Source: Hyaloraphidium curvatum SAG 235-1 (Eukaryota > Fungi > Monoblepharomycota). Taken from it: 64,000 bases of DNA. The translations under genes and the position numbers were made by a program. Positions 35,622-48,043 of this stretch are shown one piece after another (within the stretch, counting starts at the first letter, position 1; each line of letters opens with the position of its first letter). The stretch covers positions 806,001 to 870,000 of the forward strand of contig JAIVFI010000004.1 of the NCBI GenBank assembly GCA_025558095.1, read 5' to 3'. The notes under the pieces were generated by a model. That model made no database searches and was not told the DNA's origin. It saw only the letters and a list, made by a program, of their open reading frames with translations.

Positions 35622-36632
35622 TCACTCCCCCGGCTCCCGCGCCAGATCCAGGTGCAGGAACCTGCTGAATCCGCCCACCTCGTAGCCGGCGTACCCCTCC
35701 CCCTCCCTGAACTCCGCCTTGGTGTAGATCGCCAGCGCGGCCTCGAACGCCGGCCCCCTGCCCGTCTCGAGGCTCAGCCGCGCGTACCCCCTCCTCCGCG
35801 CCTCGCCGATAATGTGATCCAGTATCGCCGCGCCGGCCCCACGTCTTAGATGGTCTGGGTGCGTCCGCATCGATTTGATCTCGCCGTGGGTGGGGGAGAG
35901 TTGCCGCACAGCACCGACGGCGACGAGCACGGGCCCGTCCCAAGCGGCGTACACGGACACGTCCGGGCGCCGAAAGTCGGAAAAATCGAGCGGCAACCCG
36001 GTGCCGGAGGGTAGGTTCGCGCGCATCGAGTCGAGGTGCAGCTGCAGGAGGGCGAGCAGCTCGGGGGAGGAGAAGTCCGCGGGGCGCACGTGGAAGACGG
36101 TCCGGGGCTCCGCGAGATCCAGGTGGAAGAACCTGTTGAAACCGCTGGTGCCGTAGTCCGCAAACACTTCGCCCTCCGCGAACCCGCGCTTGGTGTACAT
36201 GGCCAGCGCCGCCTCAAACGTCGGCCCGCTGCCCGTTTCGAGGCTCAGACGCGCGTAGCCCCTCCACCGCGCCTCGGCGATGATGTGCTCGAGCATTGCC
36301 GCGCCGGCTCCGCGTCTAAGATGATCCGGATGCGTTCGCATCGACTTTATCTCGCCGTGGGTGGGCGACAGTTCCCGCAGCCCGCCCATTGCGACGAGCG
36401 CGTCGCCGTCCCACGCGGTATAGAGCGACACATCCGGCCGCTGCACGCCGGACAAATCGAGCGCGTAGGCGGTGCCCGGCGGCGAGGAAGAGCGCATTTC
36501 GTCGAGATGGAATCGAAGCAGCTCCAGGAGAGCGGGGGAGGAAAAGTCGGCGGGGCGGATGTCGAAGGGCGCGGGCGGCCGGGCGGACGCGTCCGGAAGG
36601 CCCTCCTTGCCGTCGCGGCCATCCGAGGCCAT
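35622..36632 (-). CDS. Tandem double GNAT N-acetyltransferase (YsnE/YedL-like), intronless
   Basis: Two near-identical domains each with HGEIKSMRTHPDHLRRGAG and GYARLSLETG..FEAALA.Y. Confidence 0.9.
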   Translation of the reverse strand: MASDGRDGKEGLPDASARPPAPFDIRPADFSSPALLELLRFHLDEMRSSSPPGTAYALDLSGVQRPDVSLYTAWDGDALVAMGGLRELSPTHGEIKSMRTHPDHLRRGAGAAMLEHIIAEARWRGYARLSLETGSGPTFEAALAMYTKRGFAEGEVFADYGTSGFNRFFHLDLAEPRTVFHVRPADFSSPELLALLQLHLDSMRANLPSGTGLPLDFSDFRRPDVSVYAAWDGPVLVAVGAVRQLSPTHGEIKSMRTHPDHLRRGAGAAILDHIIGEARRRGYARLSLETGRGPAFEAALAIYTKAEFREGEGYAGYEVGGFSRFLHLDLAREPGE

Positions 36633-36639
36633 TTTTATG

Positions 36640-37708
36640 ACTCCAAACGAACGATGCGGCGGATGAGGTTGCGGGGGAAGCGAAGTGGTCCTTCAGGACC
36701 TGCGCGAGAAGGACACCGGGGCCACCTTCGATCATGTAGCGTGAGCCGGCGGGCATCTCGTCGCGGTAGAGCTCGGGCTTGGCGGAACGGATCGCCTCGA
36801 GGAACGAGGCTTGGTTCGCAGGTCGGACAAATGCCCCGTCCCCGGCGCAGTTTCTGCAACGACATTGTTTCACGCATCCGGGGTGCATGTACTGCTGATT
36901 CCTCACTTTTCGGTGTTCCAGGTTTTGGCAAAGTCGTGGCACTCGGTCGAGATCTTGCGGTTCTTGTTGAAGTCGAGAAGCGCGAGCTTCGCCTCCAGGA
37001 TCTTGGGGTCAGACCACGTCCGCGACCTCAAGTCATCCTTGACGACGACAAGCACCCCGTTTTCGGGCACATCGTGGGCCGAACGCTGGACTTCGTCGAT
37101 CGTAGGAGATGGGTGTGTAGCCGCATGGTCCGTCCCCGTCTCCGCGTCCTGGCAAGATCAATAGTTAGAAGATGACCTCACGAACTCCAACGACCATCGA
37201 ATACCGACATTGGATGCGCTCTCGGGTGGGTCCGACGGAAGCGGATTCTTCCTGGGCCTCCCGCGCGGCCTCTTGGCGGCGGGCTGAGCCGCACGTCCCT
37301 GCTGGGCCGGCTGGATCTGCTCCACGGCCGCCTCGAGCTCCTTCCTCGGCCTGCCGCGAGGCCTTTTTGTCGGATGCTGGACGGGATGAGCTTTCTTGTC
37401 CTCCCTGGGTCGGCCGACGGGTCGCTTGGTGCCGTGCGCGCGAGGCGTCTGCAAAGGTGTCGTCGGCAGACGCCCGAAACTCGAAATGCTGGAAGGCTCA
37501 CATGCTCGTCACCAGTGCTGCTATCCTCATCGTTGCCGCTCCCGTGTCGCGCCGCCTGCTTCGCGTCGGGCTCGCGCGCTCCGTCGCTCTCCATCGCGAG
37601 GGCAATCAGGTACCGCTGCTGTTCGGGGGGAAGGTGGGCGACCTTCCCCTCGGTGAAGGCATTGACAAGGGCTGCTTTGTTGATGGACGCCGAGTCCTTC
37701 ATCGACAT
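36640..37708 (-). CDS. Unknown four-copy family, copy B, with AT-hooks; 3' end apparently truncated
   Basis: Header MSMKDSASINKAALVNAFTEGKVAHLPPEQQRYLIALAMES; KRPVGRPR and two KRPRGRPRK; core WSDPKILEAKLALLDFNKNRK..AKTWNTEK | FVRPANQASFLEAIRSAKPELY. Confidence 0.7.
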
Positions 37709-37966
37709 CGCGTTGACCTGGGGTTGAAGGGCGGCGAACGATGAATCATCAGTGGTCCCGCCGGCTTCACAACTCCATGAGCTCGGGCATCGCACGCGCA
37801 CAACACCGCTGCTACGCAATCGACGTTATCTCATCGAGATGTTTGACCCTCCACAAGATCGATTAGATTCCGTCCCATGCCCTCTCTAGTTCGATCGTCT
37901 ACATCTGCCTCTCCATCTCCAATATAAGGCAACGCGGGCGGCGCCATATTGCGGGGCACCCAATCT

Positions 37967-40501
37967 CTAGAGCTTAGCAACGCCGACCTTGACCGCCGCC
38001 TCCTTGACGGCGTCGCGCAGCGGGGGCTTGACGATCTTGCCGGTCGGGTTGCGCGGCAGGATCTCGTCCCAGAACATCATGAACACGGGGACCTTGAACG
38101 AGGCCAACTTCTTCTTGCAGTGGTCGATGAGCTCCTGCGTCGACACCTTGCCCTTGAACTCGGGCTTGAGGGTGACAACGGCCGCGACCTCCTCGCCGAG
38201 CACGCGGTGGGGCAGGCCGACGGCGGCGGCGTCCAGCACGGCGGGGTGGTCGTACAGCGCGTTCTCGACGTCAATGCAGTCTGCGGATTGATGGGGTTAG
38301 GCTGGCGACGGGGCCGGGCCCTCAGGATACGTACAGATGTTCTCGCCACCGCGGATCACCTGTCACGAACGAAGAGGTCAGCTTCAGGGCTCACGAAACC
38401 TGCACCACGAGCAAAACACGTGCCATGTCCTTAGCGCGGTCGACAATGTAGTGGAATCCCTCCTCGTCCACCTTGCCGACGTCGCCGGTGAGGAACCAGC
38501 GCCCGGGCAGGAAGCTCTTCTTGGTCGCCTCGTCCTTCTTGTAGTACTCCTTGAGCACCTGCGGCCCGCGGATCGCGAGCTCGCCGATCTCGCCGACGGG
38601 CACCTCCTTGCCGTTGGCGTCGACGTACTTGACGTCGTGGTTGGGCGAGACCAGGCCGATCGAGGTCGGCTTCCGGACGAGGTCGTCGCCCGAGTTGGAG
38701 ACGACTCCGATGAGGGTCTGTGGGTGCAGTCAGCACGAGTTCACCGTAAGAAGTTCGGGAGGAACCAGACCTCGCTCATGCCCCAGCCGTTGGTGGGCAC
38801 CTTGAGCGGGAACTTGCTCTTGACGTTGTCGGCGAACGACGACGGCGCGGGGGCACCGCCGGAGGCCATGGCCTGCAGGGACGACAGGTCGTACTTGCCG
38901 ACGTCGGGGTGCTCGAGGATGCCGATGTGCATCGAGGGGACGGCGGCGAAGGAGGTGATCTTCTCGCGCTGGATGAGTTCCATCGCGTGGACGATGTCCC
39001 ACTTGTACCTGGAGATGCCGACGGCGACAGCTGTGAGAAGAGAATGACAGAGATCGTCGTAGAGGACCCACATGAGGATGCACTTGGTGCCGACCGAGGT
39101 GTAGGGAACGGTCGTGGCAGTGCTAGCCGTCACCTGTCAAGCACAGTCAGAATCTCGAAGCGACACTCGAAACCGGCGTAGAACTCACGTGGAAAAGAGG
39201 CGTGGGGACCAGGCAGACAGACTGAGGGTCCTCCTTGTTGAACTTGGGGAAGAACTCGGGGCCGTCTATGGGGCCGTCCAATGAGTTTGCGGACCCAGAA
39301 AACGAGCAATCCGAGGTCAACTGACATCCCATCTTCAGCAGGCCGACGCAGATGCCGTACTTGCCGGCGACGGTGCCGCCGACGACGCCGCGGTGGGTGT
39401 GGAGAGCACCCTGTCGGCGAAAGGTCAGCGAGCCCGAGATATGGAAGGCGACAGCCAATCCAAGCATGCCTTGGGCTTCCCAGTCGTTCCACTTCATCAG
39501 AAAGCCGTGTCAGAGAACGAAAAACAAATTGCCTCAGTCGACTATGACCCACCTCGTGAAGAAGATGCAGGCGTTGTCCTCGAGACCCAGCTGAACCTCC
39601 GGCAGCTCCGTCTTGCCCTTCTTCACGTACTCCCCAACCAGAGCCTCGAACTTGTCGCCCCTCGGGATGGAGTAGTTCTCCGGGCGGGCGACCAGCATGG
39701 GGATCTTGGCGAGCGTGTCGAGCTTGCCCAGCAGCTGGGCGCGCTCGCCGTCGGCGATGAGGAGGACCGACTCGCCGTCCAGGATGCTGGAAATCATCGT
39801 CCCAACAGGGAATCCGGCGTCAGAATCATGGGATCACCGAAGGGGACACGCGCGAGCCCACCAGTACTCCATCTCCGGCGGGGTCAGGAAGCAGTTGACG
39901 TTGACGACAACGGCACCGAGGGAGAGGACGGCCCACCACGTGATGATCCACTCCGGGTAGTTGCGCTGTGGGGTGTCAGAAGGTCAGGATCGAGAGTCCC
40001 GGCCAGGAGGTCTGCTCACCATGGCGAGGGCGACGTGCTTGCCCTTCTTGATGCCGTACTTGTCCGCGAGAACGTTGGCGAGGGCTCCAACGAGCTTGCC
40101 GGCCTCGCCGTACTGTGTGACAAGCGAGATTCAACTACTCGCTCTTGTCTCGTCGTGCTGAAGTCGACCCACCGTAATCCTGACCTCCTCTCCGGTCTCA
40201 CGGCGCGAGTAAACGATGTACTCGCGGTCCGCGTACTCCTACAGCCGGGGAAACGGGGCGGGAAACCGCGTGAGCCCTCCTATTACCCGACGAGGCAGGC
40301 CGGCTGCCCGAATCCCCGCCCGACCTTGACCGAGTGCTGCCACATGTGCCGGGCGCTCTGCGGCGTGTGCTTCCAGCAGCGCAGCTTCTCGCCGCGCACG
40401 TCGACGAGCTCGAGCTCGAACGGCGCGCCCTTCTTGGTCAGGAACTCCTGCGCCTCGAGCGAGGTCATGGGCTTGATGTTCGGGGGCGGGAGCGCGGCCA
40501 T
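37967..40501 (-). CDS. AMP-dependent acyl-CoA synthetase (FadD/long-chain type), many introns, C-terminal AKL
   Basis: Spliced P-loop FTSGTTGKPKG, PLFH, GWGMSE, WFLTGDVG, DRAKDM/VIRGGENI, LPRNPTGKI; ends VAKL*. Confidence 0.92.
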
Positions 40502-40820
40502 CGTTGCAAATGGAGCGGAAGAAGGCCGGAGACGGAGAAGGAGGGTCTTCCGGCGGCAGACGACGCGCGGAGAGTGAGGGCAACGAAAGGACCGGCTGAA
40601 TTGCCGAGCCGATCGACCTCTTGCCCCCACAACCAAACAACGGCGAATCACTGCCGCGCCTAGCCTGATCCGCGAGCTCCAGACGCGTTTCTCAAGTCTT
40701 GGAGTGGTTCATCTATTGTCCTCTTGAGGCTCGGCCGTTCCCAGCTCGCACATTCGCCACCTTCTGGTCCGGGAGACAGCTCGGAGAACCACCACATTTT
40801 AACTCCTTGGACGCCGCAAA

Positions 40821-41774
40821 ATGGACGTGGGCTTCGTCGGACTCGGCAACATGGGCTTCCCGATGGCCAGCCGGCTGCTGGACGCGGGCCACCGCGTCAC
40901 CGTGTTCGACGCCAACCCCGAGGCGGTCATGAAGGCCGTTTCCCGGGGCGCCATCGCCGCCGAATCGGCCAAGGAAGTCGCGGACAAGGTGGAGAACGTG
41001 TTTCTCAGCCTGCCGACCCCGGCGATCGTCAGGGAAGTGTGCCTCGGCGAGCAGGGCGCGGCCAACGGAGCGGCGGTCAAGCGCGTCGTGGACCTTTCGA
41101 CGACGGGCACCAAGGTCGCACAGGAAATCAACGCTGCCTTGCGAGAGAAGGGGATCCTGCTCGTGGACTCGCCGGTATCGGGAGGCGTGGCCGGGGCGGT
41201 CAGGGGAACGCTGGCAGTGATGGTTTCGTGCCCGAGGGACGATTTCGCGGTCGTGCGGCCGGTGCTGGAGGTCCTGGGCCGGCCCTTCTTCGTCGGCGAG
41301 GCACCTGGACAAGGGCAGACGATGAAGCTGGTCAACAACTACCTGAGTTCGGTCGCGCTGGCCGCGACATCGGAGGCCATGGCCGTCGGCACGAAAGCGG
41401 GGCTCGATCCTTCCATCATGGTCGACGTGGGCATCTGCATGGAAAGCTCTCGCTGATCTTTGGCCTGACTTCCGCTGTTTCAACAGGTGGTGAACGCCGG
41501 CAGCGGCCGGAACTCGGCCTCCCAGGACAAGTTCCCGAAATCCGTCCTCCCCGGCACCTTCGACGCCGGCTTCACCTCGGGCCTGATGCTCAAGGACCTC
41601 TCGCTGTTCATGGAGGAGGCTTCCGCGCAACAGGTCCCCATGACGGTCGGGGACGCGGTGCTGGACGTGTGGAAGAAGACCGTGGAGACGCAAGGAGCCG
41701 GCAGCGATTTCACGGAGATTGCGAAGCACGTCGAGGACAAGGCGGGTGTCAAGATCCGGGCAAAGAAGCCGTAG
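40821..41774 (+). CDS. 3-hydroxyisobutyrate/beta-hydroxyacid dehydrogenase family protein
   Basis: VGFVGLGNMGFPMA, DSPVSGG, KLVNN, LMLKDL; single intron about 41427-41487. Confidence 0.92.
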
Positions 41775-41994
41775 GACTATGCCCGTTTCTTCTTTCCCGA
41801 GATCGTGAAGCCCCGTTGAGCGCCTCGCGGGAGTTGAGATGGAGGCAAACGATGTGCGGCGATGTACATATTCTCCTGCACAATAGCATGGTGGAAGTGT
41901 GGGATCTGCCGGGGGACATGCTCGATCGGTTCATAGGACCATGCGACGGAGAGCTGAGCGCAACGACCGCCAACGTCGCAAACCCAGCAACGCA

Positions 41995-42672
41995 ATGGCG
42001 TTCCGAAGCGTCGACGTGGACGCCTACAACGACGACGACGAGAAGTTTGTCGACAGCTTCGCGGGCCTTACGACCGCCGCGCCGGCCAACGACGCCGAGA
42101 TCCGCGCGGCGCTGGGAAGGTGCGCCCGACGCGTCGGTCCGCGGAGCCGCTCTCACGACGCGCCCGCCTTCGCGCCTCCTTCATCTATGTCTATTTGCCG
42201 CGTTGTCGTCGGCGCGATTCAGGGGCGACGGCGCCTCGGCGCTCAAGCTCGCCCTGCCGTCCTCCCCGCTTGTCGTCGACTGCCTCCTCGCCGTGCGGGC
42301 AGCGGACATCCCGAACGTCGTCAAGGGGCTGCAGCCGGACCAGTGGGATGCGGTGGTCAAGGCGATTTTCGGGGGCTGGAAGGCGGGAAAGGTGGACAAC
42401 GGGCTGCTGGTCTGGTTTGAGAAGGTGCGTCGTGCGGGGGCAACGAGGGCAAATTCTGGTCATTTGGAAGCGAACACATTGGGCTTGAGCGGCAGGAATG
42501 GAGGAAGGCACCTGGGACCGGTGCGAAGTGGAAGAAGGCGGCCCTTTGGCACCACAGCTTCCTCACGACCCGGCATCCAAGAATCCTTTACTGACCACGG
42601 CTTCCGTTATGCCAGGTCGTCGAGGTTGCGGGCCTGGGGGCCATCGTGCGAACACTGACGGACCGGGCATGA
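41995..42672 (+). CDS. ARPC5: Arp2/3 complex subunit 5 (p16-Arc)
   Basis: MAFRSVDVDAY, LLVWFEK and GLGAIVRTLTDRA*; introns about 42120-42222 and 42425-42615. Confidence 0.85.
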
Positions 42673-42733
42673 CGGTGGATCTGCGTCGTTGAATAATACC
42701 ATCCACTTTGATTTGCTCCCCTCCCCTTCGTGC

Positions 42734-43916
42734 CTACCGTCCCCACCGGGCCTCGATCAGCTCCTCCACATCCAGCTCCTCTTCGCCGTCGTTGGTCCCG
42801 TATTCGGCCGCCCGCAGCTCGTCCTCGTCCATCTCGTCCTCCCCGTCCATCGCGTCCGTCTGCATGTCCTCCGAGCCGCGCTCGGGGATGCGGAAATGCT
42901 CCTCCTCGTCCCGCCCGCGGAACCCGGGATCGTCCGCATCCTCCTCCCCGTCCGCCGCGCCGCCGTCCGAATCGGCGTCGGAAATCAGGCTCTCCCCGTC
43001 CGCGTCGCCCTCGGCGTCCGTCGCCTCCTCCACATCCGACACCTCCGCCTCCGCCCCGGCCATCCCTCCCACCCGCCTCGCGCCGTCCTCGTCGCGCGCG
43101 CGCTTGTCGGGGGTGTCGTTGGCGGGCGAGGTCGGCTTGCGCTTGCGCGGGAGGGGGGTGCCCGGTGCCATGTCGGCCTCGGACGGGGGGTCGGCGTCGA
43201 TGTCGGTGGCTTCGCCGGCGGGGTCGTCGGAAGCAGGGGCGGTGGCGGCGGCGGGGGGTTCTTTCGGCGGGCGTTTGAGCTTGCCGCAGGCCCGCCATGC
43301 TGTGAAGTCGTGGAGTGGGTCGTGGGGACGACAGAGCAGCAGCGCGACATCCTCACCCTGCATGGTCTCGGTGAGGATGTCCGTAAACTCCTCCTCGAAA
43401 TCGGCTTCCTTGAGGCACTTGATGACCTCGATGTCGGTCACCGTCTTTTTCTTGCCCGGCAGGTTGCTCCGCGCGATGTCCGTTATCATTGCTGGCAGGT
43501 CGAAAAGAAGGGGAGGAAACCGGGGCGGAGAGGGCACAGAATCCCGTCCGGAGACCGTCAGCAAGAGCAAGCAGCCGGCACGGGGCGACCGACATATCCA
43601 CACCGTCGCGGCCTTTGTTGCGGCCTCCTGCGCGTCCTTTGCTATCTGTGTCCGCCGAGGGCAGCATTAGCCCGAGCCCCGCCCGCCGGCTGGGTTCTGC
43701 GACGTGCCTTTGCTCCCGGCGGCAGCTGCCATGAGAAATGGAGTGGAAACGCGGAGCCGGGAAGCGGGAAACGGGAGGGAGAGCGGGGAACAGGGAGCGC
43801 GCTCCAATGAGCCGGGCGTCCTCCAGACCGCGGCGGGGCCGCCACGGACGCACCGCCTTCTTGCTGACGCGCGTAATGTTGCTGCGCGGCAGCCACAGCT
43901 CCTGGAAGGAGGTCAT
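42734..43916 (-). CDS. NF-YB-type histone-fold protein (DPB4/POLE3-like) with long acidic tail
   Basis: LPRSNITRVSKKA, KKKTVTDIEVIKCLKEADFEEEF; D/E-rich C-terminus; several introns. Confidence 0.75.
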
Positions 43917-44316
43917 TTTCGGGAGATCCGAGGTGACAAGCTGGGACGGCGGTCGCAGGAAGGAGGCGGCGACGCGTCGCGCCGACATCAAACAGAGCAG
44001 GTGAAACGAGCGGCGAACACCTCTCGAGCCATCCAGTGTCGCAAATAGATATTGGATCATCTTCTAAGCGACGGAATGTCGCCCACCGGCTCCTCCTCCG
44101 CCGCGCATTGTCCGCGAACCTGGCACATTACCTCGCTTCCCGACACAATGGGAGTGGGTCAGTCAGGCCGGGGAGATCCATCGAGGCTAATACCCGCTGA
44201 TCTGTACCTATCTGTAACGTAACATGGAAAATTGACCTTTGCGCCGTGTGAGCTCATGCTCGTCGATTGCGGTCAGAATCGCCGCGACGCGTCGGCACGA
44301 ACCGCCAACATTTCCG

Positions 44317-46557
44317 ATGTCCACGCAGTTCCCGCCAGGCGATGATCCGGCAGCACCCGCCTCGCCGTTTGGATTTGCGGACGATTACGGCGACCCGTGG
44401 GCGTCGCCCGTGGCCGCGGAACCGTTCGAGGACGACGAAGACGCGCCCTCCGCGCAGCCGGAGCTGGACGCGCTGCTGGGCCGCGAGCGCGACGACGCGG
44501 ACGCTACGCCGGACTACTACGCCGTGCTGAACGTGGAGCGCGGCGCGTCGGACGAGGACATCAGGAACTCGTACCGCAGGCTGGCCCTTGTTTACCACCC
44601 GGACCGCGTCGCGGCGGAGGACAGGGCGGCGGCGGCGAGGGCGTTCGACACGGTTCAGAGGGCGTTCGATGGTGCGTTGCGACGTGCGGCGCGTTCCATC
44701 GCCTTGGGTGACCCCAGTTATTCGACAGTGCTGTCGAACCCGAGGACGCGGGCGCTGTACGATGCCAAGGGCGAGGAGGGCCTCAAGATGGGACTGGCGG
44801 TCGGTTCCAAGCTCACGATGCCCGACGAAGTGAGTCCAATGGCTGTGGCGTGTGAGCAGCCCCTTGAACCACTTCCGCACCAGATCTTCATGGAGTACCA
44901 GCGGCTGCTCGCCTCCAAAGCGCGGGACGCGGTCACCGAGCTTGTCGAAGCCCGCGGCACCATCGTCATTTCGCTGGACGCCGAGGACCTCGTTCGAACG
45001 GACGGTCCTCCTCTTTTCGCCTTCCAGGGCCTCCACGAGGTCGAGCCAAAGGACAGATGGCTCCCCTTCATCGCGGGCTACTTTGCGCGCCTGCCTTCCC
45101 TCCGGGTCCGCCTCCCCGAGCTGAGGAAGCTCTCCGTCACCCACTCTTTCTCCCTGCCGACCGCGTTCGGCAGCCTGCACCTGCGCGGGAGCGGCTCGTC
45201 GCGGAACGGCATCGGCTCGGCCAACGTCGTCGCCAGCTTCGAGCGGCCGATCGTAGGCTACACCATGGGCACCGCGATGTTCTCGCTGGGCGGGCACCCG
45301 AGCTTGACGGCCAAGGTCACGCACCGGATAGACTCGAAAGCGATGTGCGTGGCTTCCCACGTCGAGCAAGGCACTCTCATGACACTTCTCGCAGGGTCGT
45401 CACGGCCGTGGCCCACGCCACGACCGTTTCCCAGCCCCCCATCCTCACCTTCTCCCTCGCCCGCGACCTCGTCCCCTCCCTCCGCGGATACGCCGCCTTC
45501 AGCACCGGCCTCTTCTCCCTCGGCCCCTGGGGCACCCCCCAGCCCGTCGGCTCCTCCTCCTTCACCGTCGGCCTGGCCCGCAGCGGGCAGCTCCACTCCT
45601 CCTTCGAGCTCACCGCCGGCATCCGCGACTCCCGCGCCGAGCTGGGTGTCGGCACGCGCGTCGGCGACGCCGGCTGTCTCGGCACGGGGATCCTCGCCCG
45701 CGGTGCCGTGCAGCTCTCCGCCTCGCTCTCGGCCTCCTCCGGCCTGGCCGTGGCGTTCGAAGCGGAGCTCGGCCGGGGCGCGGGGTGGAAGGCGGGGATG
45801 GCGGTGGAGCTCTCGGGGAGCGGGGTGGCGCTGCTGCTCCGGCACACGTGGCTGGGGCAGAAGATCAGCGTCCCCGTGAGGCTGGGCGGGGGGTGGGATC
45901 CGGGGCTGGCGGTGCATGCGGCGGCGGTGCCGATCCTGTTGTGGTGGGCGGCGGAGACGTGGATCGTGGGGCCGCGGCGGAGGAGGGCAAAGGCCGAGGA
46001 GAGGGCCAAGCGCGGGGCGGCCAGGGCCGAGAGGGCGAGGGCGGGCAAGGAGCGCGCGGAGGAGGCGCAGAGGTTCCTGAAGCCCGTGGCGGCAAAGAGG
46101 GCGGATGCGGAGGCGAGGGTCCACGGGCTGATCATCGTCAAGGCCGTCTACGGGGATCTGGCGGACAAGGGGCAGGGCGTGGTGGACGTGGCCGTGCCGC
46201 TGCAGGCTGCGGTCTTGGATTCGCAGCTGCGGATAGCGGGTGGCCATTCCAAAGTAAGTGGCCATGATCCTGCCGTTGTAGCTTTGCTGCTAACCGCCCT
46301 TACAGTCTTCCATTCCGGGCTTCTACAACATCGCGCCGGGGAGACCAAAGCGCCTGCGGATCGAGTACCGCTTCCGCGGCGATCTGCACTCGGTCGAGGT
46401 GGACGACACCACGGCGCTTTCGATCCCCGTGCGGGAGCACCGTGTCTCGGGCGGGGACGGGGAGGACGTGGTGGAGGGGGTGCCGGTCGCGGACGGCCAT
46501 CCGAGATCACGGACGAGGGAGGGCGATCTGGCCGGGCCGGCGCCGGCACGATTTTGA
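44317..46557 (+). CDS. DNAJC11: DnaJ homolog subfamily C member 11 (J domain + DUF3395)
   Basis: DYYAVLNV..YHPD, VLSNPRTRALYD..GEEGL, LGQKISVPV, GLIIVKAVYG, DVAVPLQAAV..SQL, GF..LRIEYRFRG.LH.VEVDD; stop TGA 46555-46557. Confidence 0.9.
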
Positions 46558-46672
46558 TTAGAAGGGGGACGGGCGCGAGCGCTAGACGGTAGAACGGTTG
46601 GTGATGAGTGAGAAGCCGGACGGCCCTCGCTGAATCATCGCCCACTGTCTCCCACAACCAACGCCCCCCGCG

Positions 46673-47908
46673 ATGTCGAACGACGCGGGCCTTGTCGACA
46701 CAATCGCGCTCACCAATGCCCTTGTCACCGGGAAGCTCGATAATCTGTCGCCGGAACAGCAGCGCTTCATCGTCGGCGTCGCGATGGAAGCCGAATCCAA
46801 GCGCCCGGCTGAGGACCGGATCGAAGCAGCGGCGCCGAGCGAGGACATCGCCAAGGTAAGGACGAGCGCTTGTGCTCTATTCTACTATTGACTACGGGAC
46901 CAGCCTGCCAAGAGACCGCGTGGGAGACCTCGCAAGCACCCGTTGCTGCCACCAACAAAGCCGCCTGGCGAGGCCAAGACACTCGTCGGCAGGCAGAAGA
47001 AGATCCCTTTGCCTGCTGATTCCTTGGAGAGTGAGGTGCAGTCTCGTGCATCGCATGGCTGAAGTGCTGCGCTAATCGTCGCACGACCAGGACTCCTCCT
47101 CGCGTCCGGCCCGAGCTGCCAAGCGAGCTCGCGCGGCAGCCCAGGGAACGCAGTCCAAGATGCACCAGTTCTTTACCAACGCGGCGCTGCACATCATCAA
47201 GGAGGACATCAAGTCCAGGAAGTGGTCGACGCCCCAGATCTTGGAAGCCAAGCTCGAGCTCCTCGACTTTCACCGGAACCGGATCGTGGCGAAGGAATGT
47301 CACGACTACGCGCGTCGCTGGAACACCGACAAGTGGGAGGACATGACTTGCGTAGCGGAGGAAGGCTAATCGCGGCCTCGATCACTCACAGAGGCTGCGC
47401 CGAAGACGAAACCTTCATCCGAGCTTCAAATCACCGAGCCTTCCTCCGAGCGATCCGCGCCGCGAAGCCCGAGCTTTACCGCGACGAGATGCCAACGGGC
47501 TCGCGCTACAACGTCGAAGCCGGTCCTTCCGTGCTCTTCAGGGTGGTCCTCGAGGACCACTTCTCGAACCCGCCTGCGCCCAAGTCCCTCGAGCGGGGTC
47601 TCACGAACCTCGCCAAGTTCGCGAAGGCCCTCGAGAACCACGCCGTGGGCTTCAACACGGCCCACCACGGGACATCGACGATGGTGATCGCCAAGGCGGA
47701 CCACGAGCAGTTCATCAGCGAGGTCAAGCGCCACCGCGACTGGAGCACGATGTGGGAGAGGACGACGCGGGAAAGCAGCTCCGTGCAGGGCTCCGAGTCG
47801 GACGACGAGAGCGGCAGCAGCGAGAGCAGCGATTTGAGCTCTTTATCTGTGTCACTTCTTGGTAGGTTTCGCGAAAGCGTCGCACCAGACGGCTCAATTC
47901 CAAGCTAA
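46673..47908 (+). CDS. Unknown four-copy family, copy C
   Basis: Header MSNDAGLVDTIALTNALVTGKLDNLSPEQQRFIVGVAME; KRPRGRPRK after intron 1; core AALHIIKEDIKSRKWSTPQILEAKLELLDF..WNTDK | FIRASNHRAFLRAIRAAKPELY; second repeat; Ser/acidic tail. Confidence 0.75.
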
Positions 47909-48043
47909 ACGGACGCACTCCAGACGACTGAAGCAATCTTAGGCCTCTTGATGTACAACTTTCGTTTGATTGAGGTTTTGCAGTTGCGCGCCTGTCTCCC
48001 ACCCCGACCGGCTCCGTCATCACTCTCAACCCGCAGGCCCACC

